64,000 bases of DNA, from contig JAFTLJ010000065.1 of NCBI GenBank assembly GCA_017456005.1, positions 3,962 to 67,961 of the forward strand. Reading direction: 5' to 3'. The translations under genes and the position numbers were made by a program. Each line of letters begins with the position of its first letter. The first letter of the stretch is position 1. Below, piece after piece: positions 43,676 through 51,964 of the stretch. The notes below the pieces were generated by a model, which saw only the letters and a program-made list of their open reading frames with translations, did no database searches and was not told the origin of the DNA. This DNA is from Clostridia bacterium (GTDB lineage: Bacteria; Bacillota; Clostridia; Oscillospirales; CAG-272).

Positions 43676-43707
43676 CCCCATAAGGAGTGCCGAAGCACTC
43701 CTTATGG
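43676..43707 (-). promoter_or_regulatory. Very stable intra-operon stem-loop (14-bp stem, UUCG loop on the transcribed strand)
   Basis: CCCATAAGGAGTGC-TTCG-GCACTCCTTATGGG on the minus strand, with no U tract after it. Sits in the 246-nt gap between the last BMC-H gene and pduL. Confidence 0.6.
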
Positions 43708-43731
43708 GATCTTCCCTAAATCAATTTTTAA

Positions 43732-44004
43732 TTAACCGAGTTTGGGGAGAAGCTTTTCAACGTCTGTGTGAGGACGAGGAATTACGTGAAGAGCTACAAC
43801 TTCACCGAGTTTCTGTGCTGCGTCGCCGCCTGCTTCTACAGCTGCTTTAACTGCGCCAACGTCGCCGCGAACCATTACGCTTACGAGTCCGGAGCCGATC
43901 TTTTCGCTGCCCACGAGAACTACGTTAGCTGCTTTTACCATTGCGTCTGCTGCTTCGATAGCTGCAACAAGACCTCTTGTTTCTACCATACCGAGTGCTT
44001 CCAT
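43732..44004 (-). CDS. BMC-H hexameric shell protein (PduA/PduJ-like), paralog 1
   Basis: ATG at 44004 (GGAGGA SD): '[28 protein letters not shown]'. Confidence 0.9.
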   Translation of the reverse strand: MEALGMVETRGLVAAIEAADAMVKAANVVLVGSEKIGSGLVSVMVRGDVGAVKAAVEAGGDAAQKLGEVVALHVIPRPHTDVEKLLPKLG

Positions 44005-44055
44005 TTTTATTTCCTCCAAAATTAAATATTTTTTGTTTTTTTATTTTTCAGGCTG

Positions 44056-44331
44056 TCAGCCTGTTGTAAGAAAGCTCATAACGTCGGGGTGCGGACGTGC
44101 GATAACCTCCGCAAGCTTTACGTTGCCAACCTCTGCGGCCGCAACCTTGCCCGCTTCGAGCGCCGCCTTAACGTCCGATACACTGCCTTCGACAACGACT
44201 GTTACCAATCGTCCGCCCAAGCGTTTCTCGACGTGAATGAGCTTAACGTTTGCCGCCTTCACCATTGCGTCAAGTCCCGCAATAGCCGCAACAAGCGCTT
44301 GAACTTCGAGTAACGCTATTGCATTTTCCAT
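44056..44331 (-). CDS. BMC-H shell protein, divergent
   Basis: 91 aa: '[27 protein letters not shown]'. Confidence 0.85.
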   Translation of the reverse strand: MENAIALLEVQALVAAIAGLDAMVKAANVKLIHVEKRLGGRLVTVVVEGSVSDVKAALEAGKVAAAEVGNVKLAEVIARPHPDVMSFLTTG

Positions 44332-44353
44332 AACTTTGTACCGATCTTAAAAA

Positions 44354-44629
44354 TTAGTCGAGCTTGGGAAGAAGTTTTTCAACGTCGCCGTGGGGACGAG
44401 GAATTACGTGAAGAGCAACAACTTCGCCGAGCTTCTGTGCTGCGTCGCCGCCTGCTTCTACAGCTGCTTTAACTGCGCCAACGTCGCCGCGAACCATTAC
44501 GCTTACGAGTCCGGAGCCGATCTTTTCGCTGCCGAGAAGTGTAACGTTAGCTGCTTTTACCATTGCGTCTGCTGCTTCGATAGCCGCAACAAGACCTCTT
44601 GTTTCTACCATACCGAGTGCTTCCTGCAT
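44354..44629 (-). CDS. BMC-H hexameric shell protein (PduA/PduJ-like), paralog 2
   Basis: 91 aa. Differs from paralog 1 at 4 of 89 aligned residues. Confidence 0.9.
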   Translation of the reverse strand: MQEALGMVETRGLVAAIEAADAMVKAANVTLLGSEKIGSGLVSVMVRGDVGAVKAAVEAGGDAAQKLGEVVALHVIPRPHGDVEKLLPKLD

Positions 44630-44664
44630 AATTATGTTCTCCTTTAAATTTATTTAGAGTTTGT

Positions 44665-44982
44665 TTATCTTAATTTATCTTTGCCGAGTGCGTTCAGATG
44701 TGCGAACCACTCCATTTCCTCCGATTGCCTTGTAATAATACGGGAGGCAATATAGAGGTTTCTTTTTTGCGCTTCCTCTACGCCGGCTTCGAGAGCCGCC
44801 TTTACCTCGGAAGCGCCGCCTTCGAACTTCACCACCATTACGAGGGGAACTTCTACCTTGTCGGCATTTGCCGGCTTGTTTTTATCAATAGCCACAATTT
44901 TGACATCGGCGCTTTTCGCTACCTTATCTGCTACGACTATCGACGTGGCAAATCCGTATACTTCTATCATACCGAGTGCCAT
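44665..44982 (-). CDS. BMC-H shell protein with a C-terminal extension
   Basis: 105 aa: 'MALGMIEVYGFATSIVVADKVAKSADVKIV'. Confidence 0.85.
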   Translation of the reverse strand: MALGMIEVYGFATSIVVADKVAKSADVKIVAIDKNKPANADKVEVPLVMVVKFEGGASEVKAALEAGVEEAQKRNLYIASRIITRQSEEMEWFAHLNALGKDKLR

Positions 44983-44993
44983 AGGTTTTCTCC

Positions 44994-46235
44994 TTATTCA
45001 GCAACGTAACAAATCTTTATGCCCGCCTGAGCCACGTTTGTTTCCATTGCTTCGTTCATTTTGTCGAGGGGGAATGTGTGCGTGATGAGGTCCTTTATCG
45101 GAATGTTCATCTCGCGAGCCTGGCGAAGGAACGCCATTGTTGTGGGGTAATCGTCTGCGCTGTAGTCCCAAGAGCCAACGAGGTTGATCTCTTTATTGCA
45201 CATTGTGAAGTGGGGGTTGATCTGGTATTCGCCGTTGTTAACGAAGAAGCCCATTTCGCACATACCGCCGCCGCGGCGAATGTAAGAATAGATATCTGCC
45301 GCTGCAGAGGGAGCGCCTGTGCACTGGAACGCGAAGTCGGCAAGGTTGCCGCCGCAAGCTTCTTTAACGAGAGCAACTCTTTCATCGAGAGTTTTTGCTT
45401 CTTTGAAGTTGATAACCGTCTTAACGCCTATCTTCTTCGCCATTTCAAGGCGCATGGGTGTGCCGTCGATAGCGATGATGTGGTTGATGCCTGCCGCACG
45501 GAGTACGCACGCCATAACAAGACCAACGGGGCCAAGACCCTGGATAACAACCTTTGTATTGAAGTTCATAAGGCCTGTGCCGTTTGCACGTTTGAGAGCG
45601 TGTACGCAAACGCAAGCAAGCTCGAGGATCATTCTTTCATAGAGGTCGAGGTCGTTTACAACGAAGTATGTAGCGCCCTTATCTCTGATGAGAAGGTGTG
45701 TTGCGAACCAACCGTTGAGGGGGTTATCGTCGTTATGACCGATAAGGCCGAACACGCCCTGCTTATCGCAAAGGTTCGTGTTTGCGGGGTGGTTGCGGCA
45801 GATATTGCATTCGCCGCAAGAAATAACGGATGTAACGATCTTGTCGCCAACCTTAATAGGCTTGCCGGCTGTATCGTATTTTACGTTTTTACCGAGAGCG
45901 ATTATCTCGCCTGTGCCCTCGTGACCGAGAACTACGGGTGTGAGGCCGAACGGGTCTGCGCGCCATTCGTGAACGTCTGTACCGCAAACGCCCGCGCCTT
46001 CAACTTTAACGAGAATATCGTCGTCCTGAAGCTCGGGAACTGCAAATTCCTTGAGCTCGATTTTCTTTTCTGCCGTGAGCATTGCTACTTTTGCTGTTTT
46101 GGGGAGCGCGCCGCCGTGCTTGCCGCACTTGCAGTCAGCACCGTGGCCGCCGCAGCATTCGTGCTTTTCGCCTGCGTTCATTTCGCTGACGATCTTGCGA
46201 ACAATGCTTTCGATATCGGAAGGATTGAGTGCCAT
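44994..46235 (-). CDS. Zinc-type (MDR) alcohol dehydrogenase with an N-terminal encapsulation peptide and a Cys/His-rich linker
   Basis: 'VEGAGVCGTDVHEW', 'GHEGTG', 'GLGPVG'. N-terminal 'SDIESIVRKIVSEM' then 'HECCGGHGADCKCGKHGG'. Confidence 0.85.
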   Translation of the reverse strand: MALNPSDIESIVRKIVSEMNAGEKHECCGGHGADCKCGKHGGALPKTAKVAMLTAEKKIELKEFAVPELQDDDILVKVEGAGVCGTDVHEWRADPFGLTPVVLGHEGTGEIIALGKNVKYDTAGKPIKVGDKIVTSVISCGECNICRNHPANTNLCDKQGVFGLIGHNDDNPLNGWFATHLLIRDKGATYFVVNDLDLYERMILELACVCVHALKRANGTGLMNFNTKVVIQGLGPVGLVMACVLRAAGINHIIAIDGTPMRLEMAKKIGVKTVINFKEAKTLDERVALVKEACGGNLADFAFQCTGAPSAAADIYSYIRRGGGMCEMGFFVNNGEYQINPHFTMCNKEINLVGSWDYSADDYPTTMAFLRQAREMNIPIKDLITHTFPLDKMNEAMETNVAQAGIKICYVAE

Positions 46236-46257
46236 TTTCGTTTTCTTCCTTTCTGAA

Positions 46258-47718
46258 TTAGATTATGCGGAAGTTATCCGCCATTACGCAGCGACGCAAG
46301 CGTGTGAAGCTCTTTGCAGAGGTAATACCCTCGCCTGTAGGTCCTGCGATAGTGAATGTGGTGTGCCCTTCGCCGCCAAAGCCAATGCCCGCGTAGGAAG
46401 GAGCATTTTTAACAAATATTGTTGTTTCAACCGCTCTTGCAAATCTTGTAAGGTGGTCTATATTTTTGGAGTGCATATGAGCCGTGTGTCTGTTTCCGTG
46501 TTCTGCGGCAACAGCCTTTTCTATAGCTTCGTCTATGTTCTTAACACGAACTATGGGAAGGATAGGCATCATAAGCTCTTCCTGAACGAAGAGGTGCTCA
46601 AAATTCGTTTCGCATATAATGCAACGAACCTCGTCGCCTACGTTCACGCCGATCTTCGCGAGCAGGACCTTTGCATCTCTGCCTACGCAATCGCGGCTTA
46701 CTGTTTTCTTAACGATACCCGTTTTGGGGTTCTTCACGTCCACAAGAACTATTTTCGCAAGCTCTTCTGCCTGTGCGGCGTTTATCATATACGCGCCGTT
46801 TTTCTGCATACCTGCGATGAGCTCGTCCGCGATGTTATCAAACGCGAAAACTTCCTTTTCTGCGATGCAGGGGAGGTTGTTGTCGAACGTGCAGCCATCG
46901 ATAATATCCTTTGCGGCTTTCTGAATGTCTGCCGTATCGTCTACGATAACAGGGGGGTTGCCCGCGCCCGCACCGATAGCCTTCTTACCGGAAGCAAGCA
47001 CAGCTTTTACAACACCGGGGCCGCCCGTGCAAACGAGAAGTCTTATAAGCGGGCTCTTATACATAATGTTCGCCGTATCGAGTGTGGGCTTCTTAACGGA
47101 AGCCACGAGTATCTTCGGGCCGCCTGCCGCAAAGCACGCACGGTTTATAAGGTCAACGGCGTAGTTGGATGTTGCTATTGCATTGGGGTGGGGGTTAAAC
47201 ACGATACCGTTGCCTGCCGCAATCATACCCATACTGTTGCAGATAACGGTTTCAGAGGGGTTGGTGCTGGGGGTTATACTGCCCACAACGCCGAAAGGCG
47301 CCATTTCCGTGAGAGTAAGACCGCAGTCGCCCGTTTTAACCTGAGAAACGAGGTCTTCCGTGCCGGGAGTTTTGTCGGCAACGAGCTTGTGCTTTGCAAT
47401 CTTGTGCGCTACCCTGCCCATTTTTGTTTCCGCAACGCCGATCGTCGCCATTATCTCGGCTTCGGCGCGCGTATATTCGCGAATTTTCGCGATGAGTTTT
47501 TCTCTTTCTTCAACACGCATGGAACGAATAGCCTTGTAGCCCGCGTTTGCGGCTTCGATAGCGTCGTTCATATCCTCGAAGATACCGATAAACTTTCTGC
47601 CGTTGTAGCTTTCGGAGCTGTATGCGGGAACATCTTTTTTAGCTTCCGCGCCGCCTATTTCGGCAACGACTTTCTTTATTATCTCTTCTATCTGCGCGTC
47701 TGTCCAGTTAATTGCCAT
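46258..47718 (-). CDS. pduP: CoA-acylating aldehyde dehydrogenase (PduP/EutE type) with an N-terminal encapsulation peptide
   Basis: 486 aa: 'NLPCIAEKE' catalytic Cys context, N-terminal 'AQIEEIIKKVVAEI'. Confidence 0.9.
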   Translation of the reverse strand: MAINWTDAQIEEIIKKVVAEIGGAEAKKDVPAYSSESYNGRKFIGIFEDMNDAIEAANAGYKAIRSMRVEEREKLIAKIREYTRAEAEIMATIGVAETKMGRVAHKIAKHKLVADKTPGTEDLVSQVKTGDCGLTLTEMAPFGVVGSITPSTNPSETVICNSMGMIAAGNGIVFNPHPNAIATSNYAVDLINRACFAAGGPKILVASVKKPTLDTANIMYKSPLIRLLVCTGGPGVVKAVLASGKKAIGAGAGNPPVIVDDTADIQKAAKDIIDGCTFDNNLPCIAEKEVFAFDNIADELIAGMQKNGAYMINAAQAEELAKIVLVDVKNPKTGIVKKTVSRDCVGRDAKVLLAKIGVNVGDEVRCIICETNFEHLFVQEELMMPILPIVRVKNIDEAIEKAVAAEHGNRHTAHMHSKNIDHLTRFARAVETTIFVKNAPSYAGIGFGGEGHTTFTIAGPTGEGITSAKSFTRLRRCVMADNFRII

Positions 47719-47757
47719 TTCAATTCTCTCCTTTCAAAAATATTTCCGTATAAGGAA

Positions 47758-48561
47758 TTATTTTCCGAGAGCTGCGAGAACTTTCTTTGTGATTTCTGCA
47801 ACGAGAGCATCGTCTGCGCCTGTGCTTGTTACTATGCCGCTGGGAGTAACTGCGTTCTGTTTGCATTTGCAGTTAGGTGTACCGAGGTTAGCGCAAGTTT
47901 TGCAGCCGGGGTGTTTGCCAGGGATACGCATTTTCTTGCGGAGTTCCATAAGCTTTTCGAGCTGGTCGCAAGGAATTTCTTCAACTTTGCCGAGCTCCAT
48001 AGCGTATTTGCAGATCTTAGCGTTGAATTCAACTTCTTCCATTGTGAAGAAAGCTTTTTTAAGTGTGTTACCTACTGTAAGAGCGCCGTGGTTCTTAAGA
48101 AGGAATGCATCGTGGTTCTGGATGTAAGGCATAAGGGAATCGGGAATTTCCATTGTGGAAGGTGTGCCGTATTCGCAAGTGGGCACGAAACCGATCGTGA
48201 GAACCGCTTCGGGAAGGATGTATTTGTCGAGCGGTACGCCTGCAACCGTGAAAGCTGTAGCAACGGGAGGGTGAGCATGAACAACTGCGTTTACGTCGGG
48301 ACGTTCCTGGTATACGCGGAGGTGCATTTTGATTTCGGAGGAGGGGTTGAGTCTGCCTTCGATCTTGTTACCCTTGCCGTCGATACGGATGATCATATCG
48401 GGTGTGAGGTCGCCTTTGGATACGCCTGTAGGTGTGCAGTAGTATTCGTTGTCGCTTACTTTAACGGAGATGTTACCGTCGTTTGCAGCTACGAAGCCTT
48501 CGGCATAAATTTTGTGGCCTACTTCGCATATCTCTTTTTTAATTTCGAAAGATGAAGTCAT
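47758..48561 (-). CDS. Class II aldolase (fuculose/rhamnulose-phosphate aldolase-like) with a C-terminal Cys-rich linker and encapsulation peptide
   Basis: 'NDGNISV', 'SSEIKMHLRVY', 'VVHAHPP'. C-terminal 'GCKTCANLGTPNCKCK' then amphipathic 'DDALVAEITKKVLAALGK'. Confidence 0.85.
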   Translation of the reverse strand: MTSSFEIKKEICEVGHKIYAEGFVAANDGNISVKVSDNEYYCTPTGVSKGDLTPDMIIRIDGKGNKIEGRLNPSSEIKMHLRVYQERPDVNAVVHAHPPVATAFTVAGVPLDKYILPEAVLTIGFVPTCEYGTPSTMEIPDSLMPYIQNHDAFLLKNHGALTVGNTLKKAFFTMEEVEFNAKICKYAMELGKVEEIPCDQLEKLMELRKKMRIPGKHPGCKTCANLGTPNCKCKQNAVTPSGIVTSTGADDALVAEITKKVLAALGK

Positions 48562-48678
48562 TGTTTTTATTTCCTTTCATTTAATTATTTACAATTTTTT
48601 GGGGCTTTTGCTTTGTATATTTCTCGCCCGCTTCCGCTTTTGCGGAAAACCGGCGGCAATACCGAATTTTTCGGCAAA

Positions 48679-49530
48679 CTATTCGTTTGCCTCGTTTACA
48701 CGCTTGGATTTAAGGCTGTTTTGGTTTTCGTCCTCAAAATTCCCTCTGTTTGCTTCGTTTCTGTAAACCAGATAGTAGCAAAGAGAGTCTATAACAACAA
48801 GGCGAGAAAGATGTGAGCTCAGTGCCAAGGAGCTGTGCTTGGTTTCTTCCGTATCCGTAAGCAGCACGATGTCGCTCTGCTTCATAACGGGCGAACGGTC
48901 CGTACCCGTTATGCATATGGTGGAAATACCGCGGCTTTTGGCAAGCCTCATAGCCTCTACGATGTCCTTGGATGCGCCCGATTGGGAAATGCCAACCAAA
49001 ACATCGCCTGCGCGCATTCTGGAAACAGCTATCATCTGCATATGCGTGTCGCCATAGGAAAAAGCCTCGTACCCTGCGCGAAGAAACTTGTTCGCCGCGT
49101 CTTGTGCAACAGAAGCGGAGGAACCAAGGCCTATTAGCACCGTTTTTCGCGCGCCCGCAATAAGGTTTGCGGCGGCTGCGATATTTTCGGGGGCTATGGT
49201 ACGTTTCGTGCGCTCGAAGGAAAGGTAGGCATCGTTGCAGATCTTGCCGAGTATTTCAAAGCAGGAGTCGTTTTCGTCTATGGTGGGAAGCACCACCTTT
49301 TTTTCCTGCTCGCCCGCGACGGAAATTTTCAGTTCACCGTAACCGGAAAAGCCGAGCCTGCGCGCAAAGCGCACTATTGTGGATTCGGAGCTTTCGCAAA
49401 GCTCCGCAAGCTCGGAAATAGACATAGGCAAATTGTCGCCGGGGTGGGAAATCAGCCAATCGGCAACCTTCTTTTCGGATTTACCCATATCGCCGTACAA
49501 AAGCTGGGCTTTCAGAATGATTTTGTTCAT
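48679..49530 (-). CDS. RpiR/MurR-family transcriptional regulator (HTH_6 + SIS)
   Basis: Start at 'MNKIILKAQLLYGDMGKSEKKVADWL'. SIS region 'VLIGLGSSASVAQDAANKFLRAG'. Confidence 0.85.
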   Translation of the reverse strand: MNKIILKAQLLYGDMGKSEKKVADWLISHPGDNLPMSISELAELCESSESTIVRFARRLGFSGYGELKISVAGEQEKKVVLPTIDENDSCFEILGKICNDAYLSFERTKRTIAPENIAAAANLIAGARKTVLIGLGSSASVAQDAANKFLRAGYEAFSYGDTHMQMIAVSRMRAGDVLVGISQSGASKDIVEAMRLAKSRGISTICITGTDRSPVMKQSDIVLLTDTEETKHSSLALSSHLSRLVVIDSLCYYLVYRNEANRGNFEDENQNSLKSKRVNEANE

Positions 49531-49594
49531 TTTGTCCTCGCTTTCGCAGTTTTTGAAAATTTGCTTCACAATGCAAAAGTGCACTGTGTGTTTT

Positions 49595-49613
49595 AATGAA
49601 AAATATTTTCATT
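49595..49613. promoter_or_regulatory. Candidate operator palindrome upstream of rpiR
   Basis: AATGAAAA-ATA-TTTTCATT, 8-bp arms, 65-83 nt upstream of the rpiR start. Confidence 0.3.
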
Positions 49614-49822
49614 TTTCTTCATTTTACTATATAAATAAACGTTTGTCAATAAAAATTTTTGTTTTTTTCGTTTTGGGGGCAAAACAAGTTAAATTTCCGT
49701 ATTTTCATTGGGCGAAATAGCAAAATTATGCATATTGTTTTTGTTTATTTTAACACTTGCATAAAACAAAACCATAAATTAAAATTTTTATGGTTATTTT
49801 TATAAAATATTTTCCTATTCTA

Positions 49823-49850
49823 TTGACAAATCGAAATAAAAATGTATAAT
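49823..49850 (+). promoter_or_regulatory. Sigma-A-type promoter of the citrate synthase operon
   Basis: TTGACA (49823-49828), 16-nt spacer, TATAAT (49845-49850). Confidence 0.6.
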
Positions 49851-49887
49851 TGTATACAATTACACATTTATCCCCGGAGGTTTCCCT

Positions 49888-51273
49888 ATGCTATCAAGAA
49901 GCGACGCAAGCAATTTGCTTGAATTTTCTCAATATAAATATTCATTGCAGGATGTGGCAGAGCCCAACCTGTACCGTGATATATACCCCTATACCGATAT
50001 ACCGAAGATACCCTTTAACCACCGCCGCGTGCCGATATCCATGCCCAAAGAAATCTGGATAACGGACACGACCTTCCGCGATGGCCAGCAATCCCGCGCA
50101 CCCTACACCACAGAGCAGATAGTTCACCTTTACAAGCTGCTTTCCAAGCTCGGCGGCGAAAAAGGCATCATTCGCCAGAGCGAATTTTTCGTTTACAGCA
50201 AAAAAGACCGCGAGGCTGTGGAAAAATGCATGGACCTCGGCTATAAATTCCCCGAGATCACAACGTGGATACGCGCCACAAAGGAAGATTTCAACCTCGT
50301 GCGCGACATCGGCATAAAAGAAACGGGCATTCTCGTTTCCTGCTCCGACTACCACATTTTCAAAAAGCTCGGCATGACACGCTCGCAGGCGCTGGAGCAC
50401 TACCTTTCCGTGGTGCGCGATGCGTTTGAGGCAGGCTTGCGCCCCCGCTGCCACCTGGAGGATATAACACGCGCCGATTTCTACGGTTTCGTAGTTCCCT
50501 TCGTAAATGCCCTCACAGAGCTTTCCGAGGAGGCAGGCATTCCCGTTAAGATCCGTATGTGCGACACAATGGGCTACGGTATCCCCTACAGCGAGGTAGC
50601 CCTGCCCCGAAGCGTACCCGGCATAGTATACGGCTTGCACCACTACGCAAACGTGCCCAGCGAAATGCTTGAATGGCACGGCCACAACGATTTCTATAAG
50701 GCTGTTACAAATGCCACCACGGCTTGGCTCTTCGGAGCTTCCGCGGTTAACTGCTCGCTTCTCGGCATAGGCGAGCGCACGGGCAACGTTCCGCTTGAGG
50801 CGATGGTTATAGAATATGCATCCATCCGCGGCACGCTCGACGGCATGCACCCCGAGGTCATCACGGAAATAGCAGAATATTACAAAAACGAGCTCGGCTA
50901 CAATATCCCCCCCATGACACCGTTTGTGGGCGAAAACTTCAACGTAACGCGCGCAGGCATTCACGCAGACGGTATGCTTAAGGATGCGGAAATATACAAT
51001 ATTTTCGATACGGAGAGCATTCTCGGCGTTCCCGCCTCCGTTTCCGTTTCCAAAACCTCCGGTCTTGCGGGAATCGCATACTGGGTGAACAAGCACTATA
51101 AGCTCACGGGCGACGAAATGGTAACAAAGCGCGACGAAGTTATCGTTAAAATGAAAGAAGCCATCGACGAGCTTTACGCAGAGGGCAGAATTACGCTTAT
51201 GACAGACCCCGAGCTCGAGGAGCTGTTTGTTTCCATTTCTGCGGAAATTAAAAAAGCATCCGAAAACAAATAA
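49888..51273 (+). CDS. Homocitrate/isopropylmalate-synthase-family enzyme, probable Re-citrate synthase
   Basis: 461 aa, DRE-TIM 'ITDTTFRDGQQ', 'HGHNDF'. Function is inferred from the adjacent aconitase and IDH. Confidence 0.75.
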   Translation: MLSRSDASNLLEFSQYKYSLQDVAEPNLYRDIYPYTDIPKIPFNHRRVPISMPKEIWITDTTFRDGQQSRAPYTTEQIVHLYKLLSKLGGEKGIIRQSEFFVYSKKDREAVEKCMDLGYKFPEITTWIRATKEDFNLVRDIGIKETGILVSCSDYHIFKKLGMTRSQALEHYLSVVRDAFEAGLRPRCHLEDITRADFYGFVVPFVNALTELSEEAGIPVKIRMCDTMGYGIPYSEVALPRSVPGIVYGLHHYANVPSEMLEWHGHNDFYKAVTNATTAWLFGASAVNCSLLGIGERTGNVPLEAMVIEYASIRGTLDGMHPEVITEIAEYYKNELGYNIPPMTPFVGENFNVTRAGIHADGMLKDAEIYNIFDTESILGVPASVSVSKTSGLAGIAYWVNKHYKLTGDEMVTKRDEVIVKMKEAIDELYAEGRITLMTDPELEELFVSISAEIKKASENK

Positions 51274-51292
51274 TTTGCAGGAGTAAATAATT

Positions 51293-51961
51293 ATGTTTCA
51301 GCCTGATGGGGCTTCCAGCCTCGAAGAAAAAGTTTACCTTGCTCTGGAGGAGCAAATACTTTCCCGCAAGCTTTGCGCCGGTGAATCCATAACGGAAATG
51401 AAGCTTTCAAAGGCGCTCGGAGTCAGCCGCACGCCCGTGCGCGAAGCGCTCCAGCGCCTCGACAGAGAGGGTCTTATAAAGCTCGTGCCAAACAAAGGCG
51501 CCGTGGTGCTCGGTATTTCCGAGCAGGACCTTATAGATATTTATAATATACGCATGCGTTTAGAGGGGCTTGCCTCCCGTATAGCCGCAGAAAACACAGA
51601 CGAAGACCTTTGCAAAAAGCTGGGCGATAACGTAGACCTCACCGCCTTTTATATGGAAAAGGGCGATATAGAGAAGGTAAAAGACCTCGATTCCTCTTTT
51701 CACGATATAATCTACTGTTCCTGCAAAAGCAGAATGCTCGGAAAAATACTTTCGGAGCTGCACAGGTATATAGCTAGCTACCGCAAGCTTTCGCTTGCCG
51801 TAGACGGCAGAATAGAAAAATCGCTCGCAGAGCACCGCGAAATTTACGAAGCAATAAAAGAAGGCAACGCCGACGGCGCAGACGCGCTTATGTCCGCCCA
51901 CGTAGAGCGTGCCCTTACAAATTTGCTTACGATAGTTAACCAAGAAAGAAAGGATACATAA
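51293..51961 (+). CDS. GntR-family (FadR/FCD-type) transcriptional regulator
   Basis: 'ITEMKLSKALGVSRTPVREALQRLDREGLIKLVPNKGAVV'. Confidence 0.85.
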   Translation: MFQPDGASSLEEKVYLALEEQILSRKLCAGESITEMKLSKALGVSRTPVREALQRLDREGLIKLVPNKGAVVLGISEQDLIDIYNIRMRLEGLASRIAAENTDEDLCKKLGDNVDLTAFYMEKGDIEKVKDLDSSFHDIIYCSCKSRMLGKILSELHRYIASYRKLSLAVDGRIEKSLAEHREIYEAIKEGNADGADALMSAHVERALTNLLTIVNQERKDT

Positions 51962-51964
51962 GAA

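Noticed and set aside
46051-48555. 834-aa ORF on the + strand
   Set aside because: It is antisense to the AldDH and aldolase genes, which carry clear family motifs and SD sequences. The translation is Cys/Phe/Arg-rich junk.
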